Below, piece by piece: positions 45,439 to 56,901 of a stretch of DNA of 64,000 nucleotides. Position 1 is the stretch's first letter. Each line of letters starts with the position of its first letter. Origin of the DNA: an uncultured Gemmatimonadaceae bacterium (GTDB lineage Bacteria > Gemmatimonadota > Gemmatimonadetes > Gemmatimonadales > Gemmatimonadaceae); contig CAVXGK010000002.1 of NCBI GenBank assembly GCA_963761305.1, forward strand, positions 1,568,001-1,632,000, written 5' to 3'. The position numbers and the translations under genes were made by a program. The notes under the pieces are model-generated. The model saw only the letters and a program-made list of their open reading frames with translations, ran no database searches and was not told the origin of the DNA.

Positions 45439-48324
45439 ATGAAGGACGCCATCGTGGTGCGCGGAGCCCGTCAGCACAACCTCAAGGGCTTCGACCTCGA
45501 GATCCCGCGCCGCGCGTTCACGGTCATCACCGGACCGTCGGGATCGGGTAAGTCCTCGCTCGCGTTCGACACCATCTACGCCGAAGGCCAGCGTCGCTAC
45601 GTCGAGTCGCTATCGGCCTACGCACGCCAGTTCCTCGAGCGGATGGAGAAGCCCGACGTCGATTCGATCGACGGGCTGTCGCCGGCCGTCGCCATCGAAC
45701 AGAAGAACCCGACGAAGACGTCGCGCTCGACCGTCGGCACGGCGACCGAGATCTACGATTACCTGCGCCTCCTCTGGGCGCGCGTCGGCCACACGTTCTG
45801 TCCGCTCTGCGGCCGCGAGATGCGCCCCGACACTGTACAGTCCGTCGTCGACACGGTGCTCTCGCTGCGGCCGGGGCTGCGATTCCACGTCGCGTTTCCG
45901 CTGGTGCTCTCGCCCGAAGTCACGCACGAGGTCGTCGTCGAAAACCTGCGCGAGCAGGGATTCGTCCGCCTGAGCGTCGACGGCGCGATCAAGCACCTCG
46001 ACGATCTGCTCAGTGAACCGGTCGACGTCACGCTCGCCAAGGAGCTGCTCGTCGTCGTCGACCGCCTTGTGGCGGGCGACGACGCGCGCGGACGGCTGGC
46101 CGACGCGGTGGGTACGGCGTTTCGCGAGGGCGACGGCGACTGTGTGATTCTCTTCGCCGAGCCGGTCGCCACGTCGCTCACACCGCGGCCGTCGACGCGC
46201 CTGCGGTTCACCGAGCGATACGAGTGCGCCAACGACGGCACGCGCGCGCCGGCGCCGGCGCCGCAGCTCTTCTCGTTCAACAGTCCGCGCGGCGCGTGCG
46301 AGCGGTGCAACGGATTCGGCGCGACGCTCGAGTACGACGAGTCGCTGGTCGTTCCCTACCCGAGCCGCACGCTGCGCGAGGGCGCGATCGATCCGTGGAC
46401 CAAGCCGCGGTACGACAACAAGCGCCGCGCGCTGGCCGAGTTCGCCAAGCGCGAGGGAATCTCGCTCGACACGCCGTGGGAGCGTCTCTCGGCCGGCGCG
46501 CGAGCGAAACTGCTCAACACGCGCGGTCGTGGCTACAAGGGCATTCTGCCGTTCCTCGAGGATCTCGAGGAAAAGAAATACAAGCAGTACATCAGAGTTT
46601 TCTTACGGCAGTACCAGACGGCGCGCGAGTGTCCGCAGTGCCACGGCACGAAGCTCAAGCCGGAGGCGCTCCAGGTGCGCGTCGGCGGCGAGACGATCGC
46701 CGCGGTGTGCGAGCTCCCCGTCGACCGCCTGCTCTCCTGGCTCGAGGCGCTCACGCTCAGCCAGTTCGAGCGGCAGATCGCCGCGCACATCCTCAAGGAA
46801 ACGCGCGACCGCGTCCAGTTCCTGTGCGACGTCGGACTGAACTATCTCACGCTGCACCGCGGGACGCGCACGCTGTCGGGCGGCGAGGCGCAGCGCATCG
46901 GACTCGCCAACTCGCTCGGCTCGCAGCTGGTCGACACGCTCTACGTGCTCGACGAGCCGTCGATCGGACTGCATCCGCGCGACATGGATCGCCTGCTGCG
47001 TCTGCTGCACCGATTGCGCGACGGCGGCAACACGGTGCTCGTCGTCGAGCACGATCCCGAAGCGATTCGCGCGGCCGATCACATGGTGGAGCTCGGGCCG
47101 GGCAGCGGTGAGAAGGGCGGACATCTCGTCTTCAACGGACCCATCTCGCGCATCGCCGAGAGTCCCCTCACCGGCGCGTACCTCACGGGCCGGCGCGAGA
47201 TTCCGGTGCCGGTCGAGCGACGGCGGGTGGGGCCGCGATGGATCACGCTGACCGGGGCGCGCGAGCACAACCTCAAGAATGTCGACGTGAAGATTCCGCT
47301 CGGCGCCGTGACCGTGGTGACCGGCGTCTCGGGGTCGGGCAAGAGCACGCTCGTCCACGACGTGCTGTTGCGCGCGCTCGAGACGAAGCTTCACGGCGAA
47401 CACTCCGCCAAGCAGTACCTCGGTGAACGCGTCGGCGAATACGACACGCTCTCCGGCGCCGACGCGATCGAGGACGTGGTCGGGATCGACCAGAGCCCGA
47501 TCGGCAAATCGCCGCGCTCGAATCCGGTGACGTACGTGAAGGCCTTCGATGAAATCCGTCGAATCTTCGCCGATGCCCCGTTGTCCCGCGAGCGACGCTA
47601 CACCGCGGGCACGTTCAGCTTCAACGTCGCCGGCGGTCGTTGCGAGACGTGCGAAGGCGCGGGCTATCTCGAGGTCGAGATGGTGTTCATGGCCGACGTG
47701 TTCGTGCCGTGCGACGAATGCGGCGGCAAGCGGTTCAAGCCCGCCGTGCTCGACGTGCGCGTCAACGGCAAGAACGTTCACGACGTCCTCGAGCTCACGG
47801 TGGACGAAGCCATTCGCTTCTTCCCGCGCGAAGAAAAGCTCGGCCAGGCGCTCTGGCAGTTGCAGCAGGTTGGACTCGGCTATCTCCGGCTCGGCCAGCC
47901 GGCGACGACGCTCTCCGGCGGCGAAGCGCAGCGACTCAAGGTGGCGCGCGAGCTCGCGCTCGCGACCAAGAAGAGCGGCAAGAAGCTCTATGTGATGGAC
48001 GAGCCGACCACGGGTCTCCACCTCGACGACATTCGAAAACTCGCGAACGTGTTCGACCGGCTGGTGGACGCGGGGCACACGCTCGTGCTGATCGAGCACA
48101 ATCTCGACGTCATCAAGCTCGCCGACTGGGTGATCGATCTCGGCCCCGAAGCGGGCGATCGCGGCGGTGAGATCGTGGCGACGGGTCGGCCCGAGGACCT
48201 CGCTCGCGCGGGGAGCTCGCATACAGGGAAATGGCTTCGCACCGTGCTCCCCGGGTTCGCCGAGTACGGTGGATCCGCGCCGCGTGCAAAGGTGCCGCGA
48301 GGCGCCGTGTCGCAGGCGGTTTAA
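45439..48324 (+). CDS. uvrA: Excinuclease ABC subunit A
   Basis: [31 protein letters not shown], zinc fingers, LSGGEAQR x2, GVSGSGKS. Confidence 0.96.
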   Translation: MKDAIVVRGARQHNLKGFDLEIPRRAFTVITGPSGSGKSSLAFDTIYAEGQRRYVESLSAYARQFLERMEKPDVDSIDGLSPAVAIEQKNPTKTSRSTVGTATEIYDYLRLLWARVGHTFCPLCGREMRPDTVQSVVDTVLSLRPGLRFHVAFPLVLSPEVTHEVVVENLREQGFVRLSVDGAIKHLDDLLSEPVDVTLAKELLVVVDRLVAGDDARGRLADAVGTAFREGDGDCVILFAEPVATSLTPRPSTRLRFTERYECANDGTRAPAPAPQLFSFNSPRGACERCNGFGATLEYDESLVVPYPSRTLREGAIDPWTKPRYDNKRRALAEFAKREGISLDTPWERLSAGARAKLLNTRGRGYKGILPFLEDLEEKKYKQYIRVFLRQYQTARECPQCHGTKLKPEALQVRVGGETIAAVCELPVDRLLSWLEALTLSQFERQIAAHILKETRDRVQFLCDVGLNYLTLHRGTRTLSGGEAQRIGLANSLGSQLVDTLYVLDEPSIGLHPRDMDRLLRLLHRLRDGGNTVLVVEHDPEAIRAADHMVELGPGSGEKGGHLVFNGPISRIAESPLTGAYLTGRREIPVPVERRRVGPRWITLTGAREHNLKNVDVKIPLGAVTVVTGVSGSGKSTLVHDVLLRALETKLHGEHSAKQYLGERVGEYDTLSGADAIEDVVGIDQSPIGKSPRSNPVTYVKAFDEIRRIFADAPLSRERRYTAGTFSFNVAGGRCETCEGAGYLEVEMVFMADVFVPCDECGGKRFKPAVLDVRVNGKNVHDVLELTVDEAIRFFPREEKLGQALWQLQQVGLGYLRLGQPATTLSGGEAQRLKVARELALATKKSGKKLYVMDEPTTGLHLDDIRKLANVFDRLVDAGHTLVLIEHNLDVIKLADWVIDLGPEAGDRGGEIVATGRPEDLARAGSSHTGKWLRTVLPGFAEYGGSAPRAKVPRGAVSQAV

Positions 48325-48364
48325 GTGGATGATGCATAGAGGTTTGGCTTCATAGCCGGCCGCG

Positions 48365-48392
48365 TTGACTTCGACGTGGCTTTCACTACCTT
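48365..48392 (+). promoter_or_regulatory. sigma70 promoter of tRNA-Asn
   Basis: TTGACT-N16-TACCTT. Confidence 0.55.
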
Positions 48393-48428
48393 TCTGCGTC
48401 TGGTCCGTCCTTCCGTTGATCCTTCCGA

Positions 48429-48501
48429 TCCCCGATAGCTCAGTTGGTAGAGCGCTCGACTGTTAATCGAGTGGTCGTAGGTTCGAGTCCTACTCGGGGA
48501 G
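48429..48501 (+). tRNA. tRNA-Asn (GTT), CCA not encoded
   Basis: Acceptor TCCCCGA/TCGGGGA, D-arm GCTCAGTTGGTAGAGC, anticodon arm CTCGA-CTGTTAA-TCGAG, T-arm GTAGGTTCGAGTCCTAC. Confidence 0.97.
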
Positions 48502-48503
48502 TT

Positions 48504-50606
48504 GTGCAGCCGCCTTCCGCTCGCGACGCCACACGTCGACCCGCGCGGAAGGCGGTTGTGTTTTCCGCCGGCTTGGCGCTGATCGTCGCCGTTTTCACGG
48601 CGTACTGGCCGGCGCTGCGCGCGCCGTTCGAGTTCGACGACTTCGCGAGCATTCCCGCCAACGCGACCATCCGCACGCTGCGGCCGTCCGTCGCGCTCGA
48701 CCCGCCGCCCAACACGTCGGTCGCCGGACGCCCCGTCGTGAACTACTCGTTCGCGGTCAACTATGCCATCAACGAATGGCTCGGCGTCGACCAGCGCGCC
48801 GATCCGCTCGGCCCGAATAAGACGCTCGGCTACCACGTTGCGAACATCCTCATCCACGTTCTCTGTGGATTCCTGCTGTTCGCGCTGATCACCCGAACGC
48901 TGGAACACGGGCGTTTCGCCGACAGATGGGGGGAGTCGGCTCCGTGGATTGCCGGCGCCGTCGCGGCGCTCTGGCTGCTCCACCCGATTCAAACCGAAGC
49001 CGTCGACTACGTGGTACAGCGCACCGAGACGCTGGTCTCGCTCTGCTACCTCGCCACGCTGTACGCATCGCTGCGCGCATGGGACGCACGGTCGCCGCGC
49101 TCGGCGGCGGCATGGATGGTATTCGGCGTGCTCGCATGCCTGGCCGGCATGGGCAGCAAAGAAGTCATGCTCACCGCGCCGCTCGCCGTGATTCTCTACG
49201 ACCGTGCTTTTCATGTGGAATCGTGGCCGGGATTGCTGCGTCAGCGCGCGCGTGTCGGCTTCTACGCGGCGCTCGTCGCGACGAGTGCGCTTGCGATCGC
49301 GATGATCGCCGGCAACTCACGATTCGACACGGTCGGCTTCGGGTTGGGCATCCCGTGGTATGAGTATCTGTACACGCAGGCGTGGGCCATTCCGCACTAC
49401 CTGCGGCTCGTGCTCTGGCCGGATCACCTCACGCTCGACTACGGGCAGCGCCCGATTTCCGGATGGCAAGGCGTGCCCGGCGCGATCGTCATGGCCCTGC
49501 TGTTCGTGGCGACGATCGCCGCCTGGACGCGGCCCAACCACTGGGCGTGGTTCGGGTTCCTGGGCGCGACCTTCTTTCTGCTGCTCGCGCCGTCGTCGAG
49601 CGTCGTACCGATCGCCACCGAGGTCGCGGCCGAACGGCGGATCTATCTCGCCCTGGCGCCGGCGTTGGTCGCGTTGGTCGTGGGGGTCGAGCTGCTGCGT
49701 CGACGATACGCGGCGCCGGGCAGAATCATCCGCCCACTCGTATTCGCGGCGGCGGCGACGCTCGCGCTCGTGACCTTCCAGCGCAGTCGCCTGTACGCCG
49801 ACCCGCAAGCCTTGTGGCGCGATGCGGTGGCGAACGCGCCGGCGAATCCGCGCGCGTACGACAACCTCGCGTCGACGCTCTTCTTCGTCGATCCGCCGCG
49901 GCTCGACGAAGCGGAGGCACTCTACTCTCGCGCCATCGCCCTCGACTCGACGTACCTGCATGCGTGGCCCGGACTGGCCTCCGTGGCGATGGACCGCGGA
50001 AAGTTCGACACGGCTGAGTGGATCCTCGAGCACGTGCTCACGATTGATCCGAATTACTCGGACGCGATCGATCATCTCGGCCGCCTGTTGCTCCGCGAGG
50101 GAAAGCCGGACCGCGCGCTGCCTTACCTCGCTCGTTTCGCGGATGCGTACCCAAGCGACAACTCGCTGGTGTCGCTGGGAACGGCATATCTCCAACTCGG
50201 CAAGCTCGACTCGGCGACGAGCACGCTGCGCGCGGCGCTTGACCTCAATCCGAATCGCGCCGACGCGCTGCGATTCCTCGGCGGACTGTTCGCCGAGCAG
50301 GGCCGCGGCGGCGATGCGGTGCCGCTTCTCGAGCGGGCCGTCGCGCTCGAGCCGGAGTCGGGACTCGATCGCGGGCTGTTGAGTCTCGCGTACGCCGAAG
50401 CGGGGCGTGCGGACGACGCCGCGCATGCGGCGCACGAGGCGGTGTCGGTGAGCAAGGACGCGAGCGTCCCGATTCTCGCCGCTCGCGCGATGCTTGCCCT
50501 GCACCGCGACGACGACGCGCGCGCATTCTTCAACAGTGCGTTGCAGCTCGACCCGAAGAACCGCGAAGCCGCCGCTCGGCTCCAGTCGATGGAGCGGAAA
50601 CCATAG
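48504..50606 (+). CDS. TMTC-like GT-C membrane glycosyltransferase with C-terminal TPR repeats
   Basis: FEFDD...N, RPVVNYSFA, LHPIQTEAVDYVVQR, SKE, AERRIYL, LWRDAV, then TPRs; start uncertain (48504 or ~48558). Confidence 0.85.
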   Translation: MQPPSARDATRRPARKAVVFSAGLALIVAVFTAYWPALRAPFEFDDFASIPANATIRTLRPSVALDPPPNTSVAGRPVVNYSFAVNYAINEWLGVDQRADPLGPNKTLGYHVANILIHVLCGFLLFALITRTLEHGRFADRWGESAPWIAGAVAALWLLHPIQTEAVDYVVQRTETLVSLCYLATLYASLRAWDARSPRSAAAWMVFGVLACLAGMGSKEVMLTAPLAVILYDRAFHVESWPGLLRQRARVGFYAALVATSALAIAMIAGNSRFDTVGFGLGIPWYEYLYTQAWAIPHYLRLVLWPDHLTLDYGQRPISGWQGVPGAIVMALLFVATIAAWTRPNHWAWFGFLGATFFLLLAPSSSVVPIATEVAAERRIYLALAPALVALVVGVELLRRRYAAPGRIIRPLVFAAAATLALVTFQRSRLYADPQALWRDAVANAPANPRAYDNLASTLFFVDPPRLDEAEALYSRAIALDSTYLHAWPGLASVAMDRGKFDTAEWILEHVLTIDPNYSDAIDHLGRLLLREGKPDRALPYLARFADAYPSDNSLVSLGTAYLQLGKLDSATSTLRAALDLNPNRADALRFLGGLFAEQGRGGDAVPLLERAVALEPESGLDRGLLSLAYAEAGRADDAAHAAHEAVSVSKDASVPILAARAMLALHRDDDARAFFNSALQLDPKNREAAARLQSMERKP

Positions 50607-50614
50607 CGCGCTCA

Positions 50615-50666
50615 GCGGGAGTGCAGTAATCGAGGTCCGTGTCGACCTCCGGTAGTGCACTTTCGC
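50615..50666. other. Long imperfect hairpin just after the TMTC-like gene
   Basis: GCGGGAGTGCA...GAGGTC-loop-GACCTC...TGCACTTTCGC. Confidence 0.4.
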
Positions 50667-50886
50667 CGGCGCACTCATCGGCGCCGCGAACGCGGCGACC
50701 GCGACGATCAACATCTCGGGCCTGAGATTGCTCGCTCCCGGCGGGCTCCGATCCCAACGCCGCAAATCGCGGCGAAAGTGATCATGGGACCGGCCGGAGC
50801 GGAGGCCGATGGCGCTATCCTTGTATCCGGGAGCCGGTTGCGCCCCCTGAGCGATTCGCTACAGACCTCATAGTCGTATTGCCACG

Positions 50887-51954
50887 ATGAGTCCCCGATC
50901 ATCCTTCCGCGGTCGCGTCATCGCCGCGTTGTTCCTGAGCAGCCTGGCTGCTGGTTCAGTCGCCGGCCAGTCCAAGCCGACCGTGCGCGCCACGCCACGC
51001 GCCGCGGCACACCCGACGCCTGCGCCGACTGCGCCGACGGACACGATCAGCGCGCACCTGATCGCCGGCCGCAACGCGCACGACAAGACATCGTATGCCT
51101 CGGCGGTTCGCTCCGGCACGAAGGCGGCGGCGAAGTGGCCTGCGGGACCGGCAGCGCTACCCGGCGCTGTCTTTCCCGCGAAGCGAGTCGTCGCGTTCTA
51201 CGGGAATCCGCTCGCCAAGAAAATGGGAGTGCTCGGCGAATATCCCGTCGATGTGATGCTCTCGAAGCTCGATCAGGCCGTTGCCGAGTGGCGTCGCGTC
51301 GATCCGTCGACTCCCGTGCAACCCGCGTTGCACCTGATCGCGGTGGTCGCGCAGGGAGCGCCCGGTCGCGACGGCATGTATCGGCTCCGCATGGACACGA
51401 CGCTGATCGAGAAGGTGTACGGCTGGGCGCAGCAGAAGAACGCGCTGCTCTTTCTCGACATTCAGGTCGGACACAGCACGCTCCCGGCCGAGCTGCCGCG
51501 CCTCCTTCCATTTCTGGCGCGGCCGAACGTGCACCTCGGCATCGACCCCGAGTTCTCCATGCACTACGAGCGCGAGGGCATGCGGCCGAGCACGAAGATC
51601 GGCGAGATGAGCGCCGACGACGTGAACTACGTGATCAAGACGCTCACGCAGCTCGTGCAGGAAAAGCACCTCCCGCCCAAGATCCTCATCGTGCACCGGT
51701 TCACGCAGAAGATGGTGCTCGGCGCGCCGAACATTCATCCGACGCCGCAAGTGCAGGTCGTGATGGACATGGACGGCTGGGGCCCGCCGTGGCTCAAGTT
51801 CGATTCGTACCGCGACTACATCGACGCGGAACCCGTCCAGTTCACCGGGTTCAAGATCTTCTACCACAACGACGTCAAACATGGCGACGCGCTGCTCACG
51901 CCCGCCGAAGTGCTGCGGCTCACACCCAGGCCGCTGTACATCCAGTATCAGTGA
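50887..51954 (+). CDS. Conserved hypothetical secreted protein
   Basis: Signal peptide; RVVAFYGNP...MGVLGE, LFLDIQVG, HLGIDPEF, HRFT, DMDGWG, GFKIFY. Confidence 0.8.
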   Translation: MSPRSSFRGRVIAALFLSSLAAGSVAGQSKPTVRATPRAAAHPTPAPTAPTDTISAHLIAGRNAHDKTSYASAVRSGTKAAAKWPAGPAALPGAVFPAKRVVAFYGNPLAKKMGVLGEYPVDVMLSKLDQAVAEWRRVDPSTPVQPALHLIAVVAQGAPGRDGMYRLRMDTTLIEKVYGWAQQKNALLFLDIQVGHSTLPAELPRLLPFLARPNVHLGIDPEFSMHYEREGMRPSTKIGEMSADDVNYVIKTLTQLVQEKHLPPKILIVHRFTQKMVLGAPNIHPTPQVQVVMDMDGWGPPWLKFDSYRDYIDAEPVQFTGFKIFYHNDVKHGDALLTPAEVLRLTPRPLYIQYQ

Positions 51955-52000
51955 GTGAGCGGGTGGCGCGCTGAGGGGGGACCAGCCGATACTCCTCTAG

Positions 52001-53005
52001 GTGATCGGCTTCCGCCCGCTGTCAGCTGCGGGGATCGCGCGCGGGTCGCGCGTCTCGCTCGCCCTCATCGTGATCGCGTTGATTCCGCTCCGCGCGAGCG
52101 GGCAATCACCGCGCACGTTTTCGGTGCGCGCCGACAACGACGCGTTCGACTTCTGGATGCTGCCGTGGAACCGTCCCGACGACGAGTACACGAGCGGCGT
52201 GCACTTGTCGTACGACGGCGGCGACGCGCCCTGGTGGGCGCGACGAATCTTGAGCGGTTTGCAACCATGCACCGCGCAATCCACCGCGTGCCGATCGTCC
52301 GGGTTCGAGATCGGTCAGGACATCTACACACCGTTCGTGCCCACGAACGGCGCCGCTGCGCCAAACGATCGGCCCAACGCGGGATGGCTGTACGCGAGTC
52401 AGAGCGCGCAGTCGCTCACCACCGAGCGCTCCGACGCGCTGACGTTCACGCTTGGCGTCACCGGGCCGCCGTCGCTCGCGCAACTCACGCAGCACGTCGC
52501 GCACGACGCCGGTCCGGCGTTCAACAGACCGACCGACTGGAGCCGGCAGATCGCCTTCGAGCCGGGGGTGATGGTTCGCTACGAGCACGACGCACGATTC
52601 GCCACGCCGGTTGACCTGCCTTTCGGGGTCGAGTTGGTGCCACGCGCCGGCGCATCGCTCGGCAACGTGCTCACTGCCGCGGACGCCGGCGCACGCGTGC
52701 GATTCGGCTGGCGAATGTCGCACCCCTGGCTCCCGCCCACGCGCGACGTCGGATTTGATTTTCTGTGCGGGGTTTCAGCCCAGGCCGTGGCGCACAACCT
52801 GTTTCTCGACGGCAACACGTTCGAGAACGGGCCGCGTGTGGGACACGAGGCGCTCGTCGAATCGGGTGAAGTGGGTTTCGAGTTCCACGCGCGCGGAATC
52901 GCGCTCGGCTACCGCGCCGTGAGCGACTCGCGGCAGTACGCGGGCGGGCCCAAGTGGCACCCGTGGGGCTCTTTGGTTGCGAGCATCACGTTGGGAGCTC
53001 AGTAA
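52001..53005 (+). CDS. Lipid A deacylase LpxR family (DUF2219) outer-membrane protein
   Basis: DND...DDEYTSG, GQDIYTP, DRPNAGWLY, LGVTGPPS...Q...H, NLFLDGN. Confidence 0.85.
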   Translation: MIGFRPLSAAGIARGSRVSLALIVIALIPLRASGQSPRTFSVRADNDAFDFWMLPWNRPDDEYTSGVHLSYDGGDAPWWARRILSGLQPCTAQSTACRSSGFEIGQDIYTPFVPTNGAAAPNDRPNAGWLYASQSAQSLTTERSDALTFTLGVTGPPSLAQLTQHVAHDAGPAFNRPTDWSRQIAFEPGVMVRYEHDARFATPVDLPFGVELVPRAGASLGNVLTAADAGARVRFGWRMSHPWLPPTRDVGFDFLCGVSAQAVAHNLFLDGNTFENGPRVGHEALVESGEVGFEFHARGIALGYRAVSDSRQYAGGPKWHPWGSLVASITLGAQ

Positions 53006-53054
53006 GCGCTGCTCGACTGATTGGGATCGCTGAGGATGCCGGGACTCTAGGCGG

Positions 53055-53114
53055 CAGCAACAGCATCAGCATCAGACTCGTCGATCCACCGGTCCACCGG
53101 TCTACCGATCCACC
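53055..53114. repeat. Short tandem repeats (6-bp CAGCAT-type and 8-bp GRTCCACC-type)
   Basis: CAGCAA CAGCAT CAGCAT; GATCCACC GGTCCACC GGTCTACC GATCCACC, running over the cyclophilin stop. Confidence 0.55.
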
Positions 53115-53803
53115 GTGATCCGAATCAACCGGTCCAGCTTCGGATACTCGCGATCGATGTAGAGGTTGCCGCCGTTCAGCAGCGGGCCCTGTTTGCCGGC
53201 GCGCACGCCGCCACCTGAGTTTTCGCCGTAGCCGCCGTACAGGCTGTCGACGACGGACATGCCTTCCACCACACGGCCGAGCGGCGAGAAGCCTTGGGCA
53301 TCGAGGCGCGTGTTGTCGACGAGACTGATGTAGATCTGTGTCGTGCGTGCGTTGGGGCCGGTCATCGCAAAGCCAAACGTGCCCCGCGTGTTGGACGTCT
53401 TGACCGAGTCGTCCGGGAACGACCGCGCGCTCCACATCGCGTTGAGAGCCGAGTCGCGGGCGATGCCGAATTGGACGATGAAGCCGGGTACGACGCGAGT
53501 GAACCGAGAATCGTCGTAGTAGCCGGCGCGAATGAGGTTGTAGAACCGGTCCGCTCCCAGCGGCGCCAACGCGCGCTGCACTTCCATCACGAACGCGCCG
53601 CGCGACGTCTCGACCCGCGCGCGATACACGGTGGGCGCGTGCTCGCTCCAAGACGCGCTCGCCGGAACGAGCAGCGCCGTTCGCCCTGATTTGCCGGATG
53701 CTGCACGGTTGCCGGCACACGCGACCGTCGCCAGAAATCCCAGCGCCACGAGCGCGGACATCGTCGAGCGCGACGACGGCTTCGGTGTTCGATGAGCTTG
53801 CAC
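53102..53803 (-). CDS. Cyclophilin-type peptidyl-prolyl isomerase (likely lipoprotein)
   Basis: APLGADRFYNL...YYD...RVVPGFIVQFG, SNTRGT..FA, RTTQIYI, GRVVEGM; alternative start 53761. Confidence 0.92.
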   Translation of the reverse strand: MQAHRTPKPSSRSTMSALVALGFLATVACAGNRAASGKSGRTALLVPASASWSEHAPTVYRARVETSRGAFVMEVQRALAPLGADRFYNLIRAGYYDDSRFTRVVPGFIVQFGIARDSALNAMWSARSFPDDSVKTSNTRGTFGFAMTGPNARTTQIYISLVDNTRLDAQGFSPLGRVVEGMSVVDSLYGGYGENSGGGVRAGKQGPLLNGGNLYIDREYPKLDRLIRITVDR

Positions 53804-53898
53804 GCGTTGACGCTATCGCCCGAGCGATCGCGGATCAACGTCGAGGTCAGTTCGTCGGCCGCCTTTACTCTCCCGCGACACGACGCGATGTTTGCCCC

Positions 53899-55170
53899 GT
53901 GCACCGCCACCTGATTCCCGCCCTCGCCGTCGCGCTCCTCGCGAACCGCGCCGACGCGCAGCTCAAGGCGCTCGAGTTTCGCGCCGTCATCGACTCGCCG
54001 GGCCACGTCATCCCCAATGGCGTGATTCTCGTCGACGGCGACAAGATCTCCGCCGTCGTCGCCGCCGACTACCGCCTGCCCGCGAACACGCAGGTCATCG
54101 ATCTCACCCGCTACACCGCGATCCCGGGCATGATCGACGTGCACACCCACATGACGTACTACTGGGATTCCACGTCGGGCACCGACCCGTGGCGACAGCC
54201 GCAGCGCACGCCGGCGCAGACCGTTCAACTCGCGCGCGCCAACGCCGTCCGTACGCTGGAGACGGGCGTGACCACCGTGCGCGATCTCGGCTCGTCGAAC
54301 TACATGGACATCGCGCTGCGCGATTCGATCAACAAAGCCGGCTGGCTCGGGCCGAGAATGTTCGTTGCGGGCTACGGCCTGCAGAAGGCGCGGCCGCCGT
54401 TTCGTCCGAACACCGATACTACGCACACGCAGCGTGGCCGCGTGTTCTCGATCGCGCAGATCCCCGAGGCGGTGAAGCAGCAGGTCGATGCCGGCGCGGA
54501 CTACATCAAAGTGTACGGATCCACCGGCACCGGCGCCGACGTCACCGGCAACGAGACGTTCACCTACGAAGAAATGAAGGCCGCGGTCGACGCCGCCAAG
54601 TCGTTCGGCAAACGCATCGCGATCCACTCGTACGGTCCCGAGGGCGGACGCGACGCGGTGCGCGCCGGAGTCACGTCGCTCGAGCACGCGATCAACCTCG
54701 AGGACTCGACGCTCGCGCGCATGGCACACGACGGCGTCTTCTACGTGCCGACGATCGATCACAACCGCTACTACGCGCAGTATCGCGACGCCTACCACTA
54801 CACCGCTGAACAGGCCGCCGGGCTCGATTCGTTTCGTCTGCTGAACATCGAGACCGCGCGCCGCGCGTACAGAGCCGGTGTCAAGCTCGGCATGGGCTCC
54901 GACGCCGTGCACATCATGTTCGGCCAGAACACGCGCGAGCTCGGCTGGTTCGTGCAGATGGGCATGACGCCGAGCGAAGCGCTCGCCACCGCGACGACGA
55001 ACGGCGCGGCGATCCTCGGCATGGAGAATTCGCTGGGTCGGATCGCGCCGGGCTACTTCGCCGACATCGCCGCCGTGGACGGCGACCCGCTGACCGACAT
55101 TCACGCGGTGATCGACCGCGTGCGCTGGGTGATGAAGGGCGGCGCCGTCGTCGTCGACAAGACGCGATAG
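53899..55170 (+). CDS. Secreted metal-dependent amidohydrolase (Xaa-Pro dipeptidase-like)
   Basis: [57 protein letters not shown]. Confidence 0.9.
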   Translation: MHRHLIPALAVALLANRADAQLKALEFRAVIDSPGHVIPNGVILVDGDKISAVVAADYRLPANTQVIDLTRYTAIPGMIDVHTHMTYYWDSTSGTDPWRQPQRTPAQTVQLARANAVRTLETGVTTVRDLGSSNYMDIALRDSINKAGWLGPRMFVAGYGLQKARPPFRPNTDTTHTQRGRVFSIAQIPEAVKQQVDAGADYIKVYGSTGTGADVTGNETFTYEEMKAAVDAAKSFGKRIAIHSYGPEGGRDAVRAGVTSLEHAINLEDSTLARMAHDGVFYVPTIDHNRYYAQYRDAYHYTAEQAAGLDSFRLLNIETARRAYRAGVKLGMGSDAVHIMFGQNTRELGWFVQMGMTPSEALATATTNGAAILGMENSLGRIAPGYFADIAAVDGDPLTDIHAVIDRVRWVMKGGAVVVDKTR

Positions 55171-55228
55171 GGGCGCGGTATATTTCCGAGCGAATTTCCG
55201 CGTCGCTCGCCTGCCTCTTCCGACACCG

Positions 55229-55750
55229 ATGCCCAAGCGCAAATCCTCCGCGCGCGAACCGAAACCGTGGGTCGGCGTGATCATGGGCAGCAGCTCGGAC
55301 CTCAAGTTCATGCAAGCGGCGATCGACGTGCTGCGTGAGCTCGACGTGCCGCACGAAGCGATGGTCGTGTCCGCGCACCGCACGCCCGACTGGATGTTCG
55401 AGTACGCGTCGTCGGCCGAGTCGCGCGGACTCGAGGTCATCATCGCGGCGGCGGGCGGTGCGGCGCATCTGCCCGGCATGGTCGCCGCGAAGACGACGCT
55501 TCCCGTGCTCGGCGTGCCGATTCCCGCCACGACGCTCGACGGGCTCGATTCCCTGCTGTCGATCGTGCAAATGCCCAAGGGCGTGCCGGTCGGAACGCTG
55601 GCCATCGGAGAACCGGGCGCGATCAACGCCGCATTGTTGGCGACGTCGATCGTTTCGAACAGCCGCCCCGACGTGCGCGAGCGATTGCGCGCGTGGCGAA
55701 AGAAGCGCACCGACGACGTACTCGCGAACACCAAGCTTCCGTCGCGGTGA
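55229..55750 (+). CDS. purE: N5-CAIR mutase
   Basis: [36 protein letters not shown]. Confidence 0.97.
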   Translation: MPKRKSSAREPKPWVGVIMGSSSDLKFMQAAIDVLRELDVPHEAMVVSAHRTPDWMFEYASSAESRGLEVIIAAAGGAAHLPGMVAAKTTLPVLGVPIPATTLDGLDSLLSIVQMPKGVPVGTLAIGEPGAINAALLATSIVSNSRPDVRERLRAWRKKRTDDVLANTKLPSR

Positions 55751-55754
55751 CGGC

Positions 55755-56894
55755 GTGATTCCTCCCGGTTCGACGATCGGCATCCTCGGCGGCGGTCAGC
55801 TTGGCCGCATGACCGCGATGGCCGCGCGCACGCTGGGCTATCACGTGCACGTGCTCGACCCCGACGCGAACTGCGCGGCGAGCGCCGTGGCCGATCGCGT
55901 CGTCGCCGCGAGCTTCGACGACGCCGACGCCGCGGCCGATCTCGCCCGGCAGTGCGACGTCGTCACACTGGAGATCGAGCAGATCGGGCCGGAGGCGCTG
56001 GCCGCCGCGTCGCGGCACGCGCCCGTTCGGCCGAACCCGGCGATTCTCGCCATGGTGCAGGATCGGTCGCGACAGAAGCGCTGGCTCGCCGAGCATGGGT
56101 TTCCCGTGGGCGCCTACCGCGACGTCTCGCGGCTCGAGCATCTCGCCGCGGCGCAGCGCGAGCTCGGCGCGCTGGTCGTCAAGGCGAATCGAGGCGGATA
56201 CGACGGCCGCAGCCAGGTGCGCGTTGGAGACGCCGCCGGTGTCGAGCGAGGGTGGGCGGAGCTCGGCCACCGCGCGTCGGTCGCCGAGCGCGCGCTCGAC
56301 CTTCGATCAGAGATCTCTGTTCTCGTCGCGCGCCGGCCGAACGGCGAAGTGCGCGTCTATCCGCCGGCGCTGAACTTTCACGAGCGACAGATTCTGGCGT
56401 GGTCCGTGCTTCCCGCGCCGATCGACGCCGCGCTGGCGCGGCGCGCCGAAACAATCGCGCGCGACATCGCGGCGGCACTGTCGCTCGAGGGCATTCTGGC
56501 CGTCGAGATGTTCGTGCTCGACGACGACGCGCTCCTCGTGAACGAGCTGGCGCCGCGCCCGCACAACTCGTTTCACGAGACGGAAGTCGCGTGCTCGACG
56601 AGCCAGTTCGAGCAGATCGTGCGCGCGGTATGCGATTTGCCGCTCGGCGACACGCGCGCGCTGCGCCCCGGTGCCATTCACAATCTGTTTGGCGACCTCT
56701 GGCTCGCTCACGATGGACCGCCGCCATTCGAGCGCGCGCTCGCGCGGCCGGGCGTGCGTCTTCATCTCTATGGAAAGCCCGGCCCGCGCCCGGGGCGAAA
56801 GATGGGTCACTTGTCGGCAGTCGGTGACACGGCTGACGACGCTCTCGCGCGAGTTCGCGCCGCCGCGGACGCGCTGGTCCTACCGCCAGTCTGA
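55755..56894 (+). CDS. purK: N5-CAIR synthase
   Basis: IGILGGGQLGRM, GGYDGR, NELAPRPHNS, HLYGK...GRKMGH. Confidence 0.96.
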   Translation: MIPPGSTIGILGGGQLGRMTAMAARTLGYHVHVLDPDANCAASAVADRVVAASFDDADAAADLARQCDVVTLEIEQIGPEALAAASRHAPVRPNPAILAMVQDRSRQKRWLAEHGFPVGAYRDVSRLEHLAAAQRELGALVVKANRGGYDGRSQVRVGDAAGVERGWAELGHRASVAERALDLRSEISVLVARRPNGEVRVYPPALNFHERQILAWSVLPAPIDAALARRAETIARDIAAALSLEGILAVEMFVLDDDALLVNELAPRPHNSFHETEVACSTSQFEQIVRAVCDLPLGDTRALRPGAIHNLFGDLWLAHDGPPPFERALARPGVRLHLYGKPGPRPGRKMGHLSAVGDTADDALARVRAAADALVLPPV

Positions 56895-56901
56895 GGCTTT
56901 C

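Noticed and set aside
48444..48503. Start of the 720-aa ORF inside the tRNA
   Set aside because: It overlaps a canonical tRNA-Asn; the translated segment is not protein-like.
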